Notes under the pieces: model-generated
The model's input: only the letters and a program-made list of their open reading frames with translations
What the model was told of the DNA's origin: nothing
Database searches by the model: none
Part shown: piece by piece, positions 42,093 to 56,046 of the stretch
Position numbering within the stretch: position 1 is the stretch's first letter
Layout: each line of letters opens with the position of its first letter
Assembly: GCA_964016885.1 (NCBI GenBank)
Contig: OZ024743.1
Coordinates: forward strand, 196,168,001 to 196,232,000
Length of the DNA: 64,000 nucleotides
DNA from: Eledone cirrhosa
Lineage: Eukaryota
Direction: 5' to 3'
Program-made: the position numbers and the translations under genes

Positions 42093-43045
42093 TAAATTTA
42101 CTCCTTCATCGGTGATCTTCCACCTTCATTGGTATTTCATCGCTTTAAAGACCATATACCTCCGGTTGGTGCGAGCAACGGCTAAAGAAAGTCGTTGGGA
42201 CAGGTAAATTAGGGGAACGAGCGAGACAGTAGACAATCAAAGATGGTAATGCAACGAAAAGTGAGGAAGAAGGAGTCAAGTCCCAGAAATCGATGAATAT
42301 AAGTTCTGTGAAATCGTGGACGAGAGAGAATAAAGACCATCAAACCTAGTCGAAATGTGAGCAAGGAAAGAATTTCGCACAGGTCAAATGGGAGGAAGAA
42401 GGAGTCTAGTCCCTGAATTCGGTGAACATAAGTTCTGTGAAATCGTAGACACGAGAGAGAAAAAAAAGGAACAACCAACCTGGTCAAAGTGTGCGTGAGG
42501 AAAGAATTTCGCACAGGTCAAACGGGAGGAAGTAGGAGAGGGAGTAGCAGAGAGTGAGTGAGTGAAAGGTGAAGAAGAGGCTAACAGAGAGAGTGACTGT
42601 TAGAGGGGGTAAAGGGAAGTGAGAGATACAGAGAAAGAGGAAGCCGTGAGAATGAAAAAGACGGGCACAGTGGAAGAAAATATATATGTGTGAATATGAA
42701 AACAAGACGTGCTGCGTTGTTGCAAATGGGTTACATATGAATAAATTTAGTCCTTCATCAGTGATCTTCCAACCTTCATTGGTATTTCATCGCTTTAAAG
42801 ACCATATACCTCCGGTTGGTGCGAGCAACGGCTAAAGAAAGTCGTTGGGACACGTAAATACGGGGAACGAGCGAGACTGTAAACGATCAAAGATGGTATT
42901 GCCTAAATTTATTCATATGTAACCCATTTGCAACCACGCCGCACGTCTTGTTTTCATATTCACACATATATATTTTCCTCCGCTGTGAGCCGTCTTTTTC
43001 ATTCTTACTGCTTCCTCTTTCTCTGTATCTCTCACTTCCCTTTAC
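42088..43045 (-). mobile_element. Non-coding ~650-bp tandem unit (~1.25 copies) plus inverted arm (42902-43045), with scrambled-HHR motif
   Basis: 42088-42248 repeats at 42737-42899. 42903-43032 is the reverse complement of ~42604-42750. Internal ~120-bp repeats at 42262-42532. Relative at 53820-54010. Confidence 0.8.
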
Positions 43046-44600
43046 CCCCTCTTGTTTTCGTAGTAAAAACACCCCACTAGAGAACAGTCAGGAATTAGAA
43101 AAAAAACACCATGGAAAGCATCCAGCAAATAGCTAACTCCATCCACCAGAGTATAAGAGTTACTATAGACTACCCAAGCAAACACCCCAACCATCGATTA
43201 CCTGTACTAGACACAGAGCTCTGGTTAGAAACCATTAATAACAAAAAATAAATCCTCCATTCCCATTATGCCAAACCCATGACTTCCAAATATCTGATCC
43301 ACCGAAACTCGGCTGCTTCGGACCATACCAAAATCAACATACTGATTGCGGATTTGGTACGGATGATGAGAAACGTGTCCCGCATGTGCAACCCCAAAGA
43401 ACTAGAGAGACACATACAATACTTCATCCACCTTATGCAGTTCTCTGGTTACAATCAGAGAGATAAAATCAGAGTATATAGAGGGGCCAGAACCAAATGG
43501 GGAAAAATGGTAAATAATGATACAAATGGGACCTGCCTCTTGTATAGGAGCAAAATTTGGAATAGAATAGAAATAACTAGGAATAAGGTTAATAGAATAA
43601 ACTCATGGTATGATAGCAATAAATACCAGAGTGTAATGTTCATCGATACAACCCCTAGAGGTGAATTAGCTTACAAATTTAGAAGGGCCCCAGATAAACA
43701 TAGACTCAATATTAAGATAGTAGAAAGACCAGGTACCTCCATAAAAACACTTATTAGCAAGACATACCCTTTTCAAAAACCTCCCTGTATAGATAAGAAA
43801 TGTATAATCTGTAAATTAAGCCCCCATATTAACTGTAAAACTAGAAATATAGTATATAGCATAAGATGTACTGAAGGACTGAAGGAGATAAGAATATAGT
43901 GTGCATAGGTGAGACAGCTCGTAGTATAGGGAAACGGATAAATGAACACTGGCGAGAGCTTCAAGATAGTAAAGAATCATCTGTACTACACCAACATGCT
44001 AAAATAGGACATAAGGGTAAATTAGAGAACATAGAAATAAAAATAGAATCTACACACAGAAAAGACGCAATGTTTATACAAATCACAGAGGCAATAAACA
44101 TAAATGAACTCCAACCAACATTAAATAGAAAACATGAATGGAACAGCAACATCACAACTTACAATTAAGGACAAAATGAAAACACACACATAGAACAAAC
44201 AACCAACCAGTAACAAGTAAATAAACAAATAAATAAACAAATATAAACACACACAGACACCCGGATGTAACACATGCGCAAACTAAGCACACAACACACA
44301 CAAAAACAAGATGGCGTAGGACAGAACAAAGGAGAGGCACAAAAACAAAGAAAAGAATCCCCAGTCACTGAAGAGGTCACAGAATGTGTGACGAAAGAAC
44401 TTTGACAATATATGAACAATCGTCTGGTTGTGGAACCAACCAACCAACCGGAAATTTATAAATTCCTAAATTTATAAATTTAATTTATAATAAATTGAAG
44501 TGAAAGCAACTGGTGCGTGTGTTTTTTATTGTCAACATGACCCTCCCAAAGTATAACAATATCGGTTTCAACATACGTTTTCAGATAAAGAATCTTGCTA
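43046..44600 (+). mobile_element. 5'-truncated PLE of a third lineage (RT C-terminus + GIY-YIG) with 3' pLTR, disrupted
   Basis: IRVTIDYPSK..LPVLDTELW, HYAKPM, C..KCIIC, NCKTRNIVYSIRC, IGETARS..RINEH, ITEAINI..PTLN. I could not assign a clade with confidence. Confidence 0.85.
44364..44406 (+). ncRNA. Minimal type I hammerhead ribozyme, extra G after A9
   Basis: gtca CTGAAGA g gtcaca-gaatg-tgtgac GAAA gaac TT tgac. Confidence 0.75.
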
Positions 44601-44616
44601 AACAAATTCAGAAACG

Positions 44617-44938
<322 letters not shown>

Positions 44939-45540
44939 TACAAATGGAAGCTTAGTAAAATCGAAGCTCTGGCTGTGGCCAGGGTACCGACCTACAATTA
45001 GAAATGAGCAGCAAAGCTCTCAATAAGGTAGGCCCTTAGAGTAATAAAATGCGTTTAGACAGCTTTACAAATTGAAAATTGCGGCAGGCAGACCTAACCA
45101 CACAATACCAAAATCAACGAAAAAACTAACCAGGTTAGACAACTGACCTGGACATATCGAATGATATTTTGCAATACGTCTGATAGGTTTCTATGAAATC
45201 GAATTCATCCATCCAGCTTACGTAATATGTACAGAGGATTCACGTCATCAGCAGGAATGTTCGTTCTATGTCTCAAGCCGGTGTGGAATGTAACGCTGAA
45301 CTGCTATCTTTGGCAGCCCTCAGTGTTTCACTGTCACGTGTTATTTCCAACAAGGGAAGTAACCCCCGGTTTTTGGCGGGTAAATTCAAATTGTTAACAA
45401 AGGAAATCAATTCCGTTCCACATTCCGAATGGAAAGTTCTCGATTAGACGTTATTAAACAAACATAAATAATTAAGCCATCAAAGGAATTGTCTAATTAA
45501 ATTAATTAGTCTAGGCGATAATAATACAGGTGGAAGCTTA
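44939..45540 (-). mobile_element. Non-coding structured repeat (copy B) with large HHR-like fold, ~586-bp unit
   Basis: Collinear blocks shared with 8007-8554. Terminal redundancy tacaaatggaagctta (44939) / tacaggtggaagctta (45525). Confidence 0.7.
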
Positions 45541-45548
45541 TATATACA

Positions 45549-45616
<68 letters not shown>

Positions 45617-45628
45617 ACATATTCGTAT

Positions 45629-45690
<62 letters not shown>

Positions 45691-45942
45691 ATATATATAC
45701 ATATATATACATATTTGTGAATATATATATATACATATATATATATACTTATATATATATACATATATATATACATATTTGTGTATATATATATATATAC
45801 ATATATAATTGTATATATATACATATATATATACATATATACTTATATATTTACATATATATATATATACATATATACGTATATATATTCATACATACAT
45901 ATATACGTATATATATATACATACTTATATATTATATGTATA

Positions 45943-46016
<74 letters not shown>

Positions 46017-46057
46017 CATATTTGTATATATATACATATATATATATATACACACAC
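45541..46057. repeat. Compound (TA)n microsatellite
   Basis: Direct reading. Confidence 0.95.
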
Positions 46058-46444
46058 TTCGAATATAAAAAATAGTGCTTTTCTTGTCGTTGTTTGTTTT
46101 GTAGAATACTCAATGTTTTGGGACATATATTATAATGGTGTCTTATTTATACACAGAAGTTCATTAACTTACAGTGGGTTAACATAAGATGCCTAACGCT
46201 TCTCTATTTCCCTTATGCATTGGTAATGTCTGTGAAATACATATTAGCTTACGTCAAAAATTAAAACCGAATTGTGTACTAACTTCTATGCTGGAAGCTT
46301 CTCTCTCGTCGTGTGTTGCCTGCCCATAGTTATGTATATGTATGTGCACGCCTGCAAGTGTGCCTGTTATTCTGCTTGTATCTGTATGTATGTGTGTGTG
46401 CACATGCATGTATGAATATATATATATATATGTGTGTGTGTGTG

Positions 46445-46476
<32 letters not shown>

Positions 46477-46809
46477 GAAGGGGTGTATGCATCTATGTGA
46501 TTGTGTATATACTACTAAATAATATTTTGTATCTCATTTATCTCTTAATATAGCATAACAACTTTATGTATGATATCGGTTGTAATAAAATAAACAATCT
46601 ACCTTTGTGGTATACTAATTACAAAAATAGATAAATAACAGATATCATCTTCCTAAAACGTGAAATGTTATGTCAACTAAAATAATCTTAGTAATTGAAG
46701 CCCACTAGCAAAATGTATTTCTACAAAAATTGCACGCCATTTTGCATAATCAGTTTGGCTACACAAAATCTATTTTTGATAATAGTAGTGTTTCCTCATA
46801 ATAACGAAA

Positions 46810-47125
46810 GCGGGTGGCTTTGTGGTTAGGGAATTTGGCTCATGATCTTAAGGTCATGAGTTTCATTCCGCACTGTGTCGTTGAGCAAAACACTTTATTT
46901 CACGTTGCTCCAGTTCACTCAGCTTGCAAAAAAATAGTTTTATCTGTAATTCTAAGGGCCATCCTTGTCACTTTCTGTGTCACACCGAATCTCCCTCAGA
47001 AGTACTTTAAGGGTGCACGTGTTTGAGGAATGCTCAGCCACTTGCACAATAAATTCACGAGCAGGTTGTTTCGTTGATCGGATCAACTGGAACACTCGTC
47101 GTCGTAACCGACGGATTGCCTTCCA
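46810..47125 (+). mobile_element. tRNA-derived Meta-type SINE, diverged
   Basis: tggctttgtggttag head. ttgagcaaaacactttatttcacgttgctccagt is shared with 61885-62210. Confidence 0.7.
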
Positions 47126-48489
47126 ATCCTCATAATACACTAGTTTGAGTTCAAAATATCTAGTTTAATCCAATCCTGCAACCAACTTTGTATCTTGCAA
47201 TCAATTTCGTCGGAGTTAATGAGTTAAAATGAACAGACTTCGGAATTTAGTCATATTTTATGTCCACACCACAAAACTCCAGGCATGAACATAAACGTTC
47301 AGTAGAAATTTAAGTAGTATGTTGCAGCACTTCAAAATGTGTTGTGCAGAACATTCTGCCATTATAATGCATTCAATTATAAACGTTCGTGTTATCATAA
47401 TACCATGTGATTAAAACCAAGGCGGAAAGCGTCTTAGCTGAATTGGATTGCTTTGCAGATTTTTGTTCAGATTTCTTACTGGTCTCAGTTTAAATCTCAC
47501 TGGAGCCATCCTTACTTTTCCTGTTTCTACTGTCAATAAAATAAGATGAAGTAATATACTATTCAATTGACAGAATCTTTTCTTTCACAGCTAAAAGTAG
47601 GTGAGTGCATTAAAGTAAGTAGAGGCTCCGCATGTAGTCGCTACATCTGCTGAAAATAGCAGTCAAATCAGCTTTAGTCACATTTAATCACATTCTACTG
47701 TATGTATACCTTAAGGCCAAGTGGTAGCACGGTATGTTGTCCTTCGACTTGCTTAAAATAGCAACCTAATCATCCTTTATCCTATTCTATCGTCTTTTAA
47801 CACAGGAGGTCATATTATATAATGGTGTCTGTTCTATAAAAATAGGCTAGAATGGGTTTGGCATGAGTGCTTTTCATCATAGTTCGGCTAAACAACCCAT
47901 AGTCGGGTTACCAAGTGTTTATATGTTCTCCCCCCCCCCTCTCTATATCACTCACTCTCTCTCTCTCTCTCCTTCACTCACTGCCTCCGTCTCTCTCGCT
48001 CTCCACATCTCTCACTATTATAAGCAAATGAGAGCCCACAAGACAACGATAAATGTTATTGAGGTAGAAATTCTGTAACTTGTCAGAAGGTCTGTTTATA
48101 CAAGTCAAAGGTTGGTTAAACAAGGGCACATGTACCTAGACAACAAAACAGGTACATTTATATCTATTAACTTTAAATAATTGCTATGCTGTACAAAAAT
48201 AGAATTCCCAGTTACTGTATTTATTGCATATGGTTGCGAATAAAAAAATGATATCGTTAAATGAATGAATTTTAGTGGATCCTCCGTCACTTTCAATGAA
48301 TAGCATTGGCTGTTTGATCAATTAAACTATCTACTAGTTAAATTTTGAAATGCTTTGCATTTTCTAAGTGTGTATCGTCTCTCTGTTTTACGCATTTGTT
48401 TATATTCAATTTAAAGTATCATTAAAAGTTAACATACCTATGTAAATGAAGCTTTATAATCGTGAAGCTCATTTAGTATCAATACGGTG

Positions 48490-48785
48490 TGGTAAATGAA
48501 TATATTCATATACATCAGGTCCGAACACAATGGAACCAAACTCCCATTGTCACTGCCTACGTCTCTCCCGCTCTCCCTATATCACACTATGTAAGCAAAT
48601 AGGTGCCCACGCGCTGGTCGTCCTGTGGCCCCGGCGGAAAGAACAGAGAAGGCATTTCCCCGGAGAATGTGGAAGGAGACGCGCTGGAAGAGCAATTCCA
48701 GCTCGCGAGGCTCACACCTGTGGGTAGCCAACTCCGTGCCGATGTTAGTGAGTAGGAAGGTGGTTCTAGGGCCAAGGACACAAGA
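48490..48785 (-). mobile_element. 3' end of a CRE-clade non-LTR retrotransposon (RLE C-terminus)
   Basis: A minus-strand frame absent from the ORF track reads VLGPRTTFLLTNIGTELATHRCEPRELELLFQRVSFHILRGNAFSVL, matching the CRE FQRxSxxIxRGNA terminus. Confidence 0.75.
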
Positions 48786-48949
48786 AATCTCCTCTAGTTA
48801 AATTAATAAGTGGTTGAGTATTCTACAGACTTGTGTGTCCTTAATGTAATTATTATGCCGAATCATCGTAACACGCCTAACCCTTTGAATTACGGGTACA
48901 ATGCATATAAATGGGCTCCGACCTAATTTCCGTTTAATGATAAAGTCAA

Positions 48950-49047
48950 CCCGAGGCTATTATAAAATACGCTTGACCAAGACGATACGCAGTGGGATCG
49001 AACTCGAAACTTCATGATTGCGAACGAACTTCATAACTACTAGGTCA
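48950..49047 (-). mobile_element. tRNA-derived SINE head fragment
   Basis: Reverse complement contains gagttcgatcccactgcg..cttggtcaag. Confidence 0.55.
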
Positions 49048-50390
49048 GCATCTGCATCCATATTTGGATTAGAATAATTTAGAATGTTTGAAGAGACGTG
49101 ACAATATTATCGAAAGATTTATAAATAACTAACGGTGTTTTGAAATTGAAATAATTAGTTTATATTGCTTGCTTGGTTTGATATTTCAGATGAAAGTTTA
49201 GTTGATAAACAAAGCTGATAGCATGATATATAGTTAGAATGGGAGTAAGATTATAGCTACATTTCTTCGGTTAATCGGTAAAATTTGAAACCCAATAACT
49301 AAAGGAAATTGAATTATTTGAACGACAGTGTAATAAGCAAATTATTGATGTTGTATCCGAGAATACATTAAACTTAAAGAATAAATCAGTTGCTGAATAT
49401 AGCATCCTCGTTGTCTTTTTTCTAAACATATGTATAATTTTATAATGTTATTCAGTATCATTCTGTAGATCGAGTTTAAATCTAATCTTGATACGGAGAA
49501 ATGCATTCTACTTCGGTTTTTGTAACTCGGTAAAACAAAAATAAAAAGCAACTACAAAAATTCATTCTTTTACCAACTGCTGAGGTATTCGTTCATATAA
49601 CATCCTGACTGGTGGCTAAGGACATTTGCTTAGTCCCCGTAGTGCTGACATTTCTGTAGATATATGAATTTCATATATTTTACACAGTAACTCGATATTT
49701 CCTGTTGAGTGGTATCCTTTTCCAAAATGCGAATAGTTCTGATGTAATTTCTTCAAATACTAGAATGCAATATTTCTAATAAAAAGGGAATATCATGCTA
49801 TGCTAGCGTAACTAGATCTGACTCATAAATAATAAGTCAATTGAATTACTACAGAAACTACTGTTTAAAGACTTCATGTCTGCGCCTTTGAAAATAGTAT
49901 CCAGTATCATCGATGCGCTGGAGAGATATGGACAGTTGTTTTGCTATCAATACCACAGCTAGTTGTAATTTCTCATCCCTGCGGCTCCTTCAATACTGAA
50001 AAGATTTATAGTAAAAATAAGAAAAACAAAACTTTCTCTTATAAAACTCATCATTTGTCAAGTTGTCATTTATTCTTCTGTAAATTAAAATTAAAAAGTG
50101 AACAAGTTGTAATCAGAGATAGCAGCTACTGCTGCGATTGTGTTGTTAATGTTATTATTGTTGCTGTTTCAACAGATATATGATCCAAAGCATTCCAACC
50201 TATTATTAAAACATAGTGCATCCAAGAACATAGATTTTTTTTCATTACTATAGGGTGTGGCTCGACAATAGTAGTATTTATAAGCGTCGGCAAGTGGCAT
50301 TTCACAATAAGTTAGAGTGAGTACAATGATGAGGATAAATAACTAACATTTCGAGTGACGAGCTTTTCTTTATTCAGAAAACAGCATTTT

Positions 50391-50466
<76 letters not shown>

Positions 50467-50993
50467 TCTCTCTACTATATATATATATATATATATATGA
50501 AAAAGAAACACTATTGTTTCTGATCGAGACGAAGCGAGAGTGTATTTGACTACATATAAGAATGTGAAAACACATCGCTAGAACAGCTGTTAAAAGAGCT
50601 AAATGCTGTCAGAGACAGCGATGGGCAAAAATGTGTCAGAGAACAGAGACCAACGGCCAGTGGTCAACAGAGAGACAATCCACAAGGTGGTTGACAGGCA
50701 GATGAAATATAGAAAAGATTGAATAAGGAGGAGGAGGACAAGAAGAAGTGTGTTGGCGATATAGAAGTGACAGGGAGCAGGAAATAAAGAAAAGCGATGG
50801 ACAAGACAAGTTTGCACACACATAGTCACCCTCATCAGCTCTCAAACCAGCAAAATAGTTTTGCACGATTTAATTGAGAGTACCATTTTAAAATGCTGGA
50901 CTGTGCAACAAAAAAATAAATCTTTCTGCAAGTTTGATGTGTTTGTGATAAAAGAAACAACACAGATAGAAGGACGAACTTCTAGGAAAAGAG

Positions 50994-51031
50994 TATTTAC
51001 GTGTTTCGGACACTGGTCTTCCATCAGAATA
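50994..51031 (-). ncRNA. Minimal hammerhead motif, core mutated
   Basis: tatt CTGATGG aa gac-cagt-gtc c GAAA cacg TA aata. Resembles 52770-52805. Confidence 0.5.
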
Positions 51032-51632
51032 TAGCATGAATAAAAGATGAAATAGAAAGATAGGATGAGAAGAGGAAGGAACGGAACATTTTTTCTGAGA
51101 AAAAGCACCTGTGTATTTAATCAGCCATTGCTTTTTTTCTTCCTTTTTTCATTTGTTTTATTTATGAATCTCGTGCTATAAGAAGACCACACTTTTTCCT
51201 TGACATCACATAAAGTTCTATGTGAAATTAATTCCTATAACTTAAAGTCACTCGTCTCTTACTCCACTGGACAGCGTTTGGCTTTTGTCAGAAGCTACCG
51301 GATGGACCAGCAATACCGTTGGCAGGGGTCGGATCAGCCAAAGTTCATCTCAACGGCCGATGACCGTTTTTAAGTAATTTTTATGGTTTCCTCTTTAAAA
51401 GTTGTTTTTCGTTTTGCATTGGTTCGTTGTTTTGTCCTCTCTTTGCTAATTTTCTTAAGTTTATATATGTATGTGTGTGTGTGTATCCGTATGTGGTTGA
51501 CCGCTAAGAGAAAGGAGTACTCAATACCGAAGTAGAATTTTAATATTCGTTATAAGGGTAAAAGAGTCTTGTTCCACTGTTTATCACAGGGTCTGCACCC
51601 CGTCATGTATATATATATATATACGTATGCAC

Positions 51633-51800
51633 TAGGGTGTGCTGAAAAGTTCCTCGCTTTAAGATGTTCGTGAAAGGGTAGAGCAGTTAGCTTTACAGGG
51701 CGGTAGGACCGCTGCAATAAGTGTGTAATTATATTTATATACATGCAAGTTTGTTTTGAAACAGCAAGCGATTTTGAAAATAGAAATAGAAGCATTCGCC
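51633..51800 (+). mobile_element. Possible mariner-type transposon left end, decayed
   Basis: ta-gggtgtgctgaaaagttcct.gcttt resembles mariner TIRs. No partner TIR or transposase seen. Confidence 0.35.
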
Positions 51801-51959
51801 GTATTTTTGACTAAAGAAATGTTAGCCTGATAGTGGGTTTTAGAGCCCTCAAAGAAATGGAAAAAATGAGTATTAACGTCAATACGCATCTTTTTCCATT
51901 TCTTAGATGGTTCTAAAACCCACTATCAGGCTAAAATTTCTTTTGACAAAAATATGCAA

Positions 51960-52070
<111 letters not shown>

Positions 52071-52079
52071 ATATATATA

Positions 52080-52129
<50 letters not shown>

Positions 52130-52363
52130 GAAAAGGCACTGCACAAAGCCATTCCCACTCTCTTAACCAGATCTGGAGATCTCTCTGCACTTGTCGTCAC
52201 ATGGTACCATGGGCCCAGCACTAGTTGTCACAGGTGTAGTGTTTGTACCAGAGTTTTCAAGTCGCTGGCTGGACAAAAAAGTCACACTCGTTCAGCACAT
52301 CGGTAGGGGGTCTCCTACATGGATATAAAGTAATGGCTGTACTCGAAAACGAGTTGGCAGCCA

Positions 52364-52397
<34 letters not shown>

Positions 52398-52405
52398 GGA
52401 CGTAT

Positions 52406-52543
<138 letters not shown>

Positions 52544-52769
52544 TTACACACGTGCTCAAGTATAGCTCTTTTTACAAAACGGTTTTTTTCCATTTCAGGT
52601 AGACCCGCTCCATCATCCACTTTTCTAAAAAGTAAATCATACACAAAACGCCAGCACCAACAGTTTTGCAAGAGATGTCAACATGAATGGACCTGTTATT
52701 TTTATCTAAAGACATTTTTTTCCAATTCCATCCCGCCCGTCCCCTCAATATATCTTATTTCTCATTCTT

Positions 52770-52805
52770 TCTTCTGATGAATGACTAGCGTCCGAAACGT
52801 TAAGA
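52770..52805 (+). ncRNA. Minimal type I hammerhead motif
   Basis: tctt CTGATGA at gac-tagc-gtc c GAAA cg TT aaga. Palindromic stem III ACGT. Confidence 0.65.
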
Positions 52806-52898
52806 CCCTCTTCCTGCTATATCAAGCGTTAACCCAATATATCCCTTCCATATATCCATATACTGTACCGATTGTGTTGTTATTTCTGTTTACCTTTT

Positions 52899-52932
<34 letters not shown>

Positions 52933-53053
52933 ATTAAGGCTAAATAATTAGTCTTGTTACTCTGGAGCATTGCCTGTTTCTCACAGGGTCACCAGACAAT
53001 TTAAACTCCATTTCGGCATGAAGTACTCTTTTCTCTCAGCCGTCAACAACAAT

Positions 53054-53089
<36 letters not shown>

Positions 53090-53093
<4 letters not shown>

Positions 53094-53552
53094 AATTAAT
53101 ATATCTACCGACATATGTATACAGATGCATACCTATGCTAGCAGATATATATGTTTTGTCTAGGTAACTTTGTGGTTCTATGCAGGGGAATGCAGAACAA
53201 TTATATGAAAGACGTAAATAAGAAAGTTATGAAAATTGACTTACTTACTAAAATTTCACTCCAACTAATTAGTTTCTGTAAGGGGATAAATATAGTTACA
53301 TAATAACTATAGAGAAGCCTTACGTCATCTAGTCCCGTTCGCTTTTTTCCATCCACTGAATTATTTTTATATTTTTATATAAGTTCCCAGTGTCCTCGCA
53401 TTGCCTGGAAGCTTAGCCGAGAATAGACTCCCTGATGACGTAAGGCTTCTCTATAGTTATTACGTAACTATATTTATCCCCTTACAGAAACTAATTAGTT
53501 GGAGTGAAATTTTAGTAAGTAAGTCAATTTTCATAACTTTCTTATTTACGTC

Positions 53553-53560
<8 letters not shown>
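53090..53560. mobile_element. Fold-back copy of a diverged relative of the 522-bp family
   Basis: Arms ~53205-53328 / 53434-53560. Same two end points as 31646-32989. Confidence 0.85.
53427..53505 (+). ncRNA. Type I hammerhead ribozyme, extended stem II
   Basis: actcc CTGATGA c gtaagg..tatagtta-ttacg-taactata..ccttac a GAAA ctaattag TT ggagt. Covaries with 32739-32818. Confidence 0.87.
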
Positions 53561-53592
<32 letters not shown>

Positions 53593-53594
<2 letters not shown>

Positions 53595-53783
53595 CGAAGG
53601 AGGTGTGGTAAGGAACCAGGTGGACCATAACGCACCAGCTTACACAATACTTAGGGTAGTAGAGTGGGTAATAGGAAAAAGTTTGACCCCGACGGCAGAG
53701 CTCAAGCCGTTTCGACGGCTATTTCTGGTCCAGAAATAGCCGTCGAAACCGCTTGAGCTCTGCCCTCGGGGTCAAACTTTTTC
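53593..53783. mobile_element. Miniature Naiad-terminus fold-back (tail on left)
   Basis: Inverted pLTR ends centred at ~53728, with an 80-bp tail, in (TA)n. Confidence 0.85.
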
Positions 53784-53819
53784 TTATATATATATATATT
53801 GCGTATATTCTTCTATGTT

Positions 53820-54010
53820 TATTTACTTGTCTCGCTTTACGCGATTTACTTGTCCCAATAGCTTTATTTAGCTATTGCTCGCACCAACTGGAGGTATATG
53901 ATTTTTAAAGCGATGAAATACCAACGAAGGTTGGAAAATCACTGATGAAGGACCATTTTTATCATATGTAACCCATGTGCAACCACGCAGTATTCTATTC
54001 TTCTCATGTT
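53820..54010 (+). mobile_element. Diverged fragment of the 650-bp family (scrambled-HHR region)
   Basis: Aligns to the reverse complement of ~42710-42880 with compensatory changes. Confidence 0.8.
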
Positions 54011-54058
54011 TATATATATATATATGTGTAAAATAAATATATATATATATATATATAT

Positions 54059-54843
54059 ATTAAGACAGGGGGGAAGAAAAAATGGCTTCACTTGTGCTTT
54101 CAACAAATTTATTTTCTTCTCAAAATCCAAAAAGAATTTTTCTTAAAAAAAATTATTTATAAATTAAGTTGTTTGTTGTTGGTTAGGTCTTAGGAGTTCT
54201 TGGTTAACGTAGGAGGTATTGTTTCGCTTTTAGAAAGACCTTTCACGCTGAGATGCGCTTGTCAAACTGATGTGTATGTGGTGTGTTGTTCTATATATAG
54301 GGATTTAACATGTCTGTGGTGTGGTGGGGGTTTCTTTTCTCCCCCTTTAATAAGTGCATGGGTGTAGGTGTGTTGAAAAAGTGTTCATAGCAGTAATGAG
54401 TTGAGACGGTGAGTAGGGTTGGTTGGGGAGAAATGTAGCAATTGCGGCCTGCCCCGGTCATTCTCGAAAAATTCCTTTATTCAGGGGAAAAAGCTTTTAG
54501 CATTACTTTTGTGTTGAGAATGGTCACAGGCAAATCTCACCTGTCAAGTTTGTGAATAATTATATTTTTCTTTCTTTCCTGAAAAATGTTTCTACGTCCA
54601 TCCCAAAGTTAGTCCTTTGTTCAACACACACATATGTGTGCATATACGTACATACACACACGGGCATATGTAGGAACATATAGTCACACGCCATCAACCA
54701 CACACCCATGTACAAATACACACACAAAAACATATAGAGACACATATAAAAACACACATACACATACGTACACACACGAATATGTACTCATACCTCCACA
54801 TGGGTATATATATATATATATACACACACATATATATATACAT

Positions 54844-54876
<33 letters not shown>

Positions 54877-54924
54877 CATACATATACACATACACACACA
54901 TACACACACACACACACATGTATG

Positions 54925-55008
<84 letters not shown>

Positions 55009-55133
55009 CATATATACATACATATACATACATACATATACATACATATACACACATAAAGATACATAACTAAATATACATATATACACATACACGCACA
55101 CATACACACACACACACGCACACGCACGTGTAT

Positions 55134-55164
<31 letters not shown>

Positions 55165-55271
55165 CATATGTCCGTATATATACCCCTCCGTTCACACATA
55201 CATGCATACATACACACACATACACACATACATCTATATATATATATACACATATAAAGAGAGAGGCATAC

Positions 55272-55322
<51 letters not shown>

Positions 55323-55545
55323 TACATACACATACATATACACATATGTACACATAAATACACACAGACACATACACACATATACACATACATATACACA
55401 GACATACATATCCATATACATATATATACACATACATATACACATATATATATATATATGTATATATATACACATACATACACATACACATACACATACA
55501 AGTACATACATACACACATACATACATACACATACATGTACATAC

Positions 55546-55592
<47 letters not shown>

Positions 55593-55887
55593 TACATACA
55601 TATATATATACATATATATACACATACACACACATACATACACACATACACACATACATATATATATATGTGCGTATACACGAGCACATAAAGACACATA
55701 TACACATACACATACATATATATACATATATATACACATACATCTACATACATACATACATATACACAAACAGAAACATACACATATGTACACACATATA
55801 TACATATATGCACATACATACACACACACACATATATATAGGTACATACACATACATACACACACACATAAACATACATATCTATCC

Positions 55888-55922
<35 letters not shown>

Positions 55923-55969
55923 AATATACAAACATACACATAAATACGTGTACATATACACATATATAC

Positions 55970-56046
<77 letters not shown>

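Noticed and set aside
42262-42532. Spaced repeats resembling a CRISPR array
   Set aside because: Ordinary ~120-bp internal tandem duplications with no unique spacers and no cas genes, in eukaryotic DNA.
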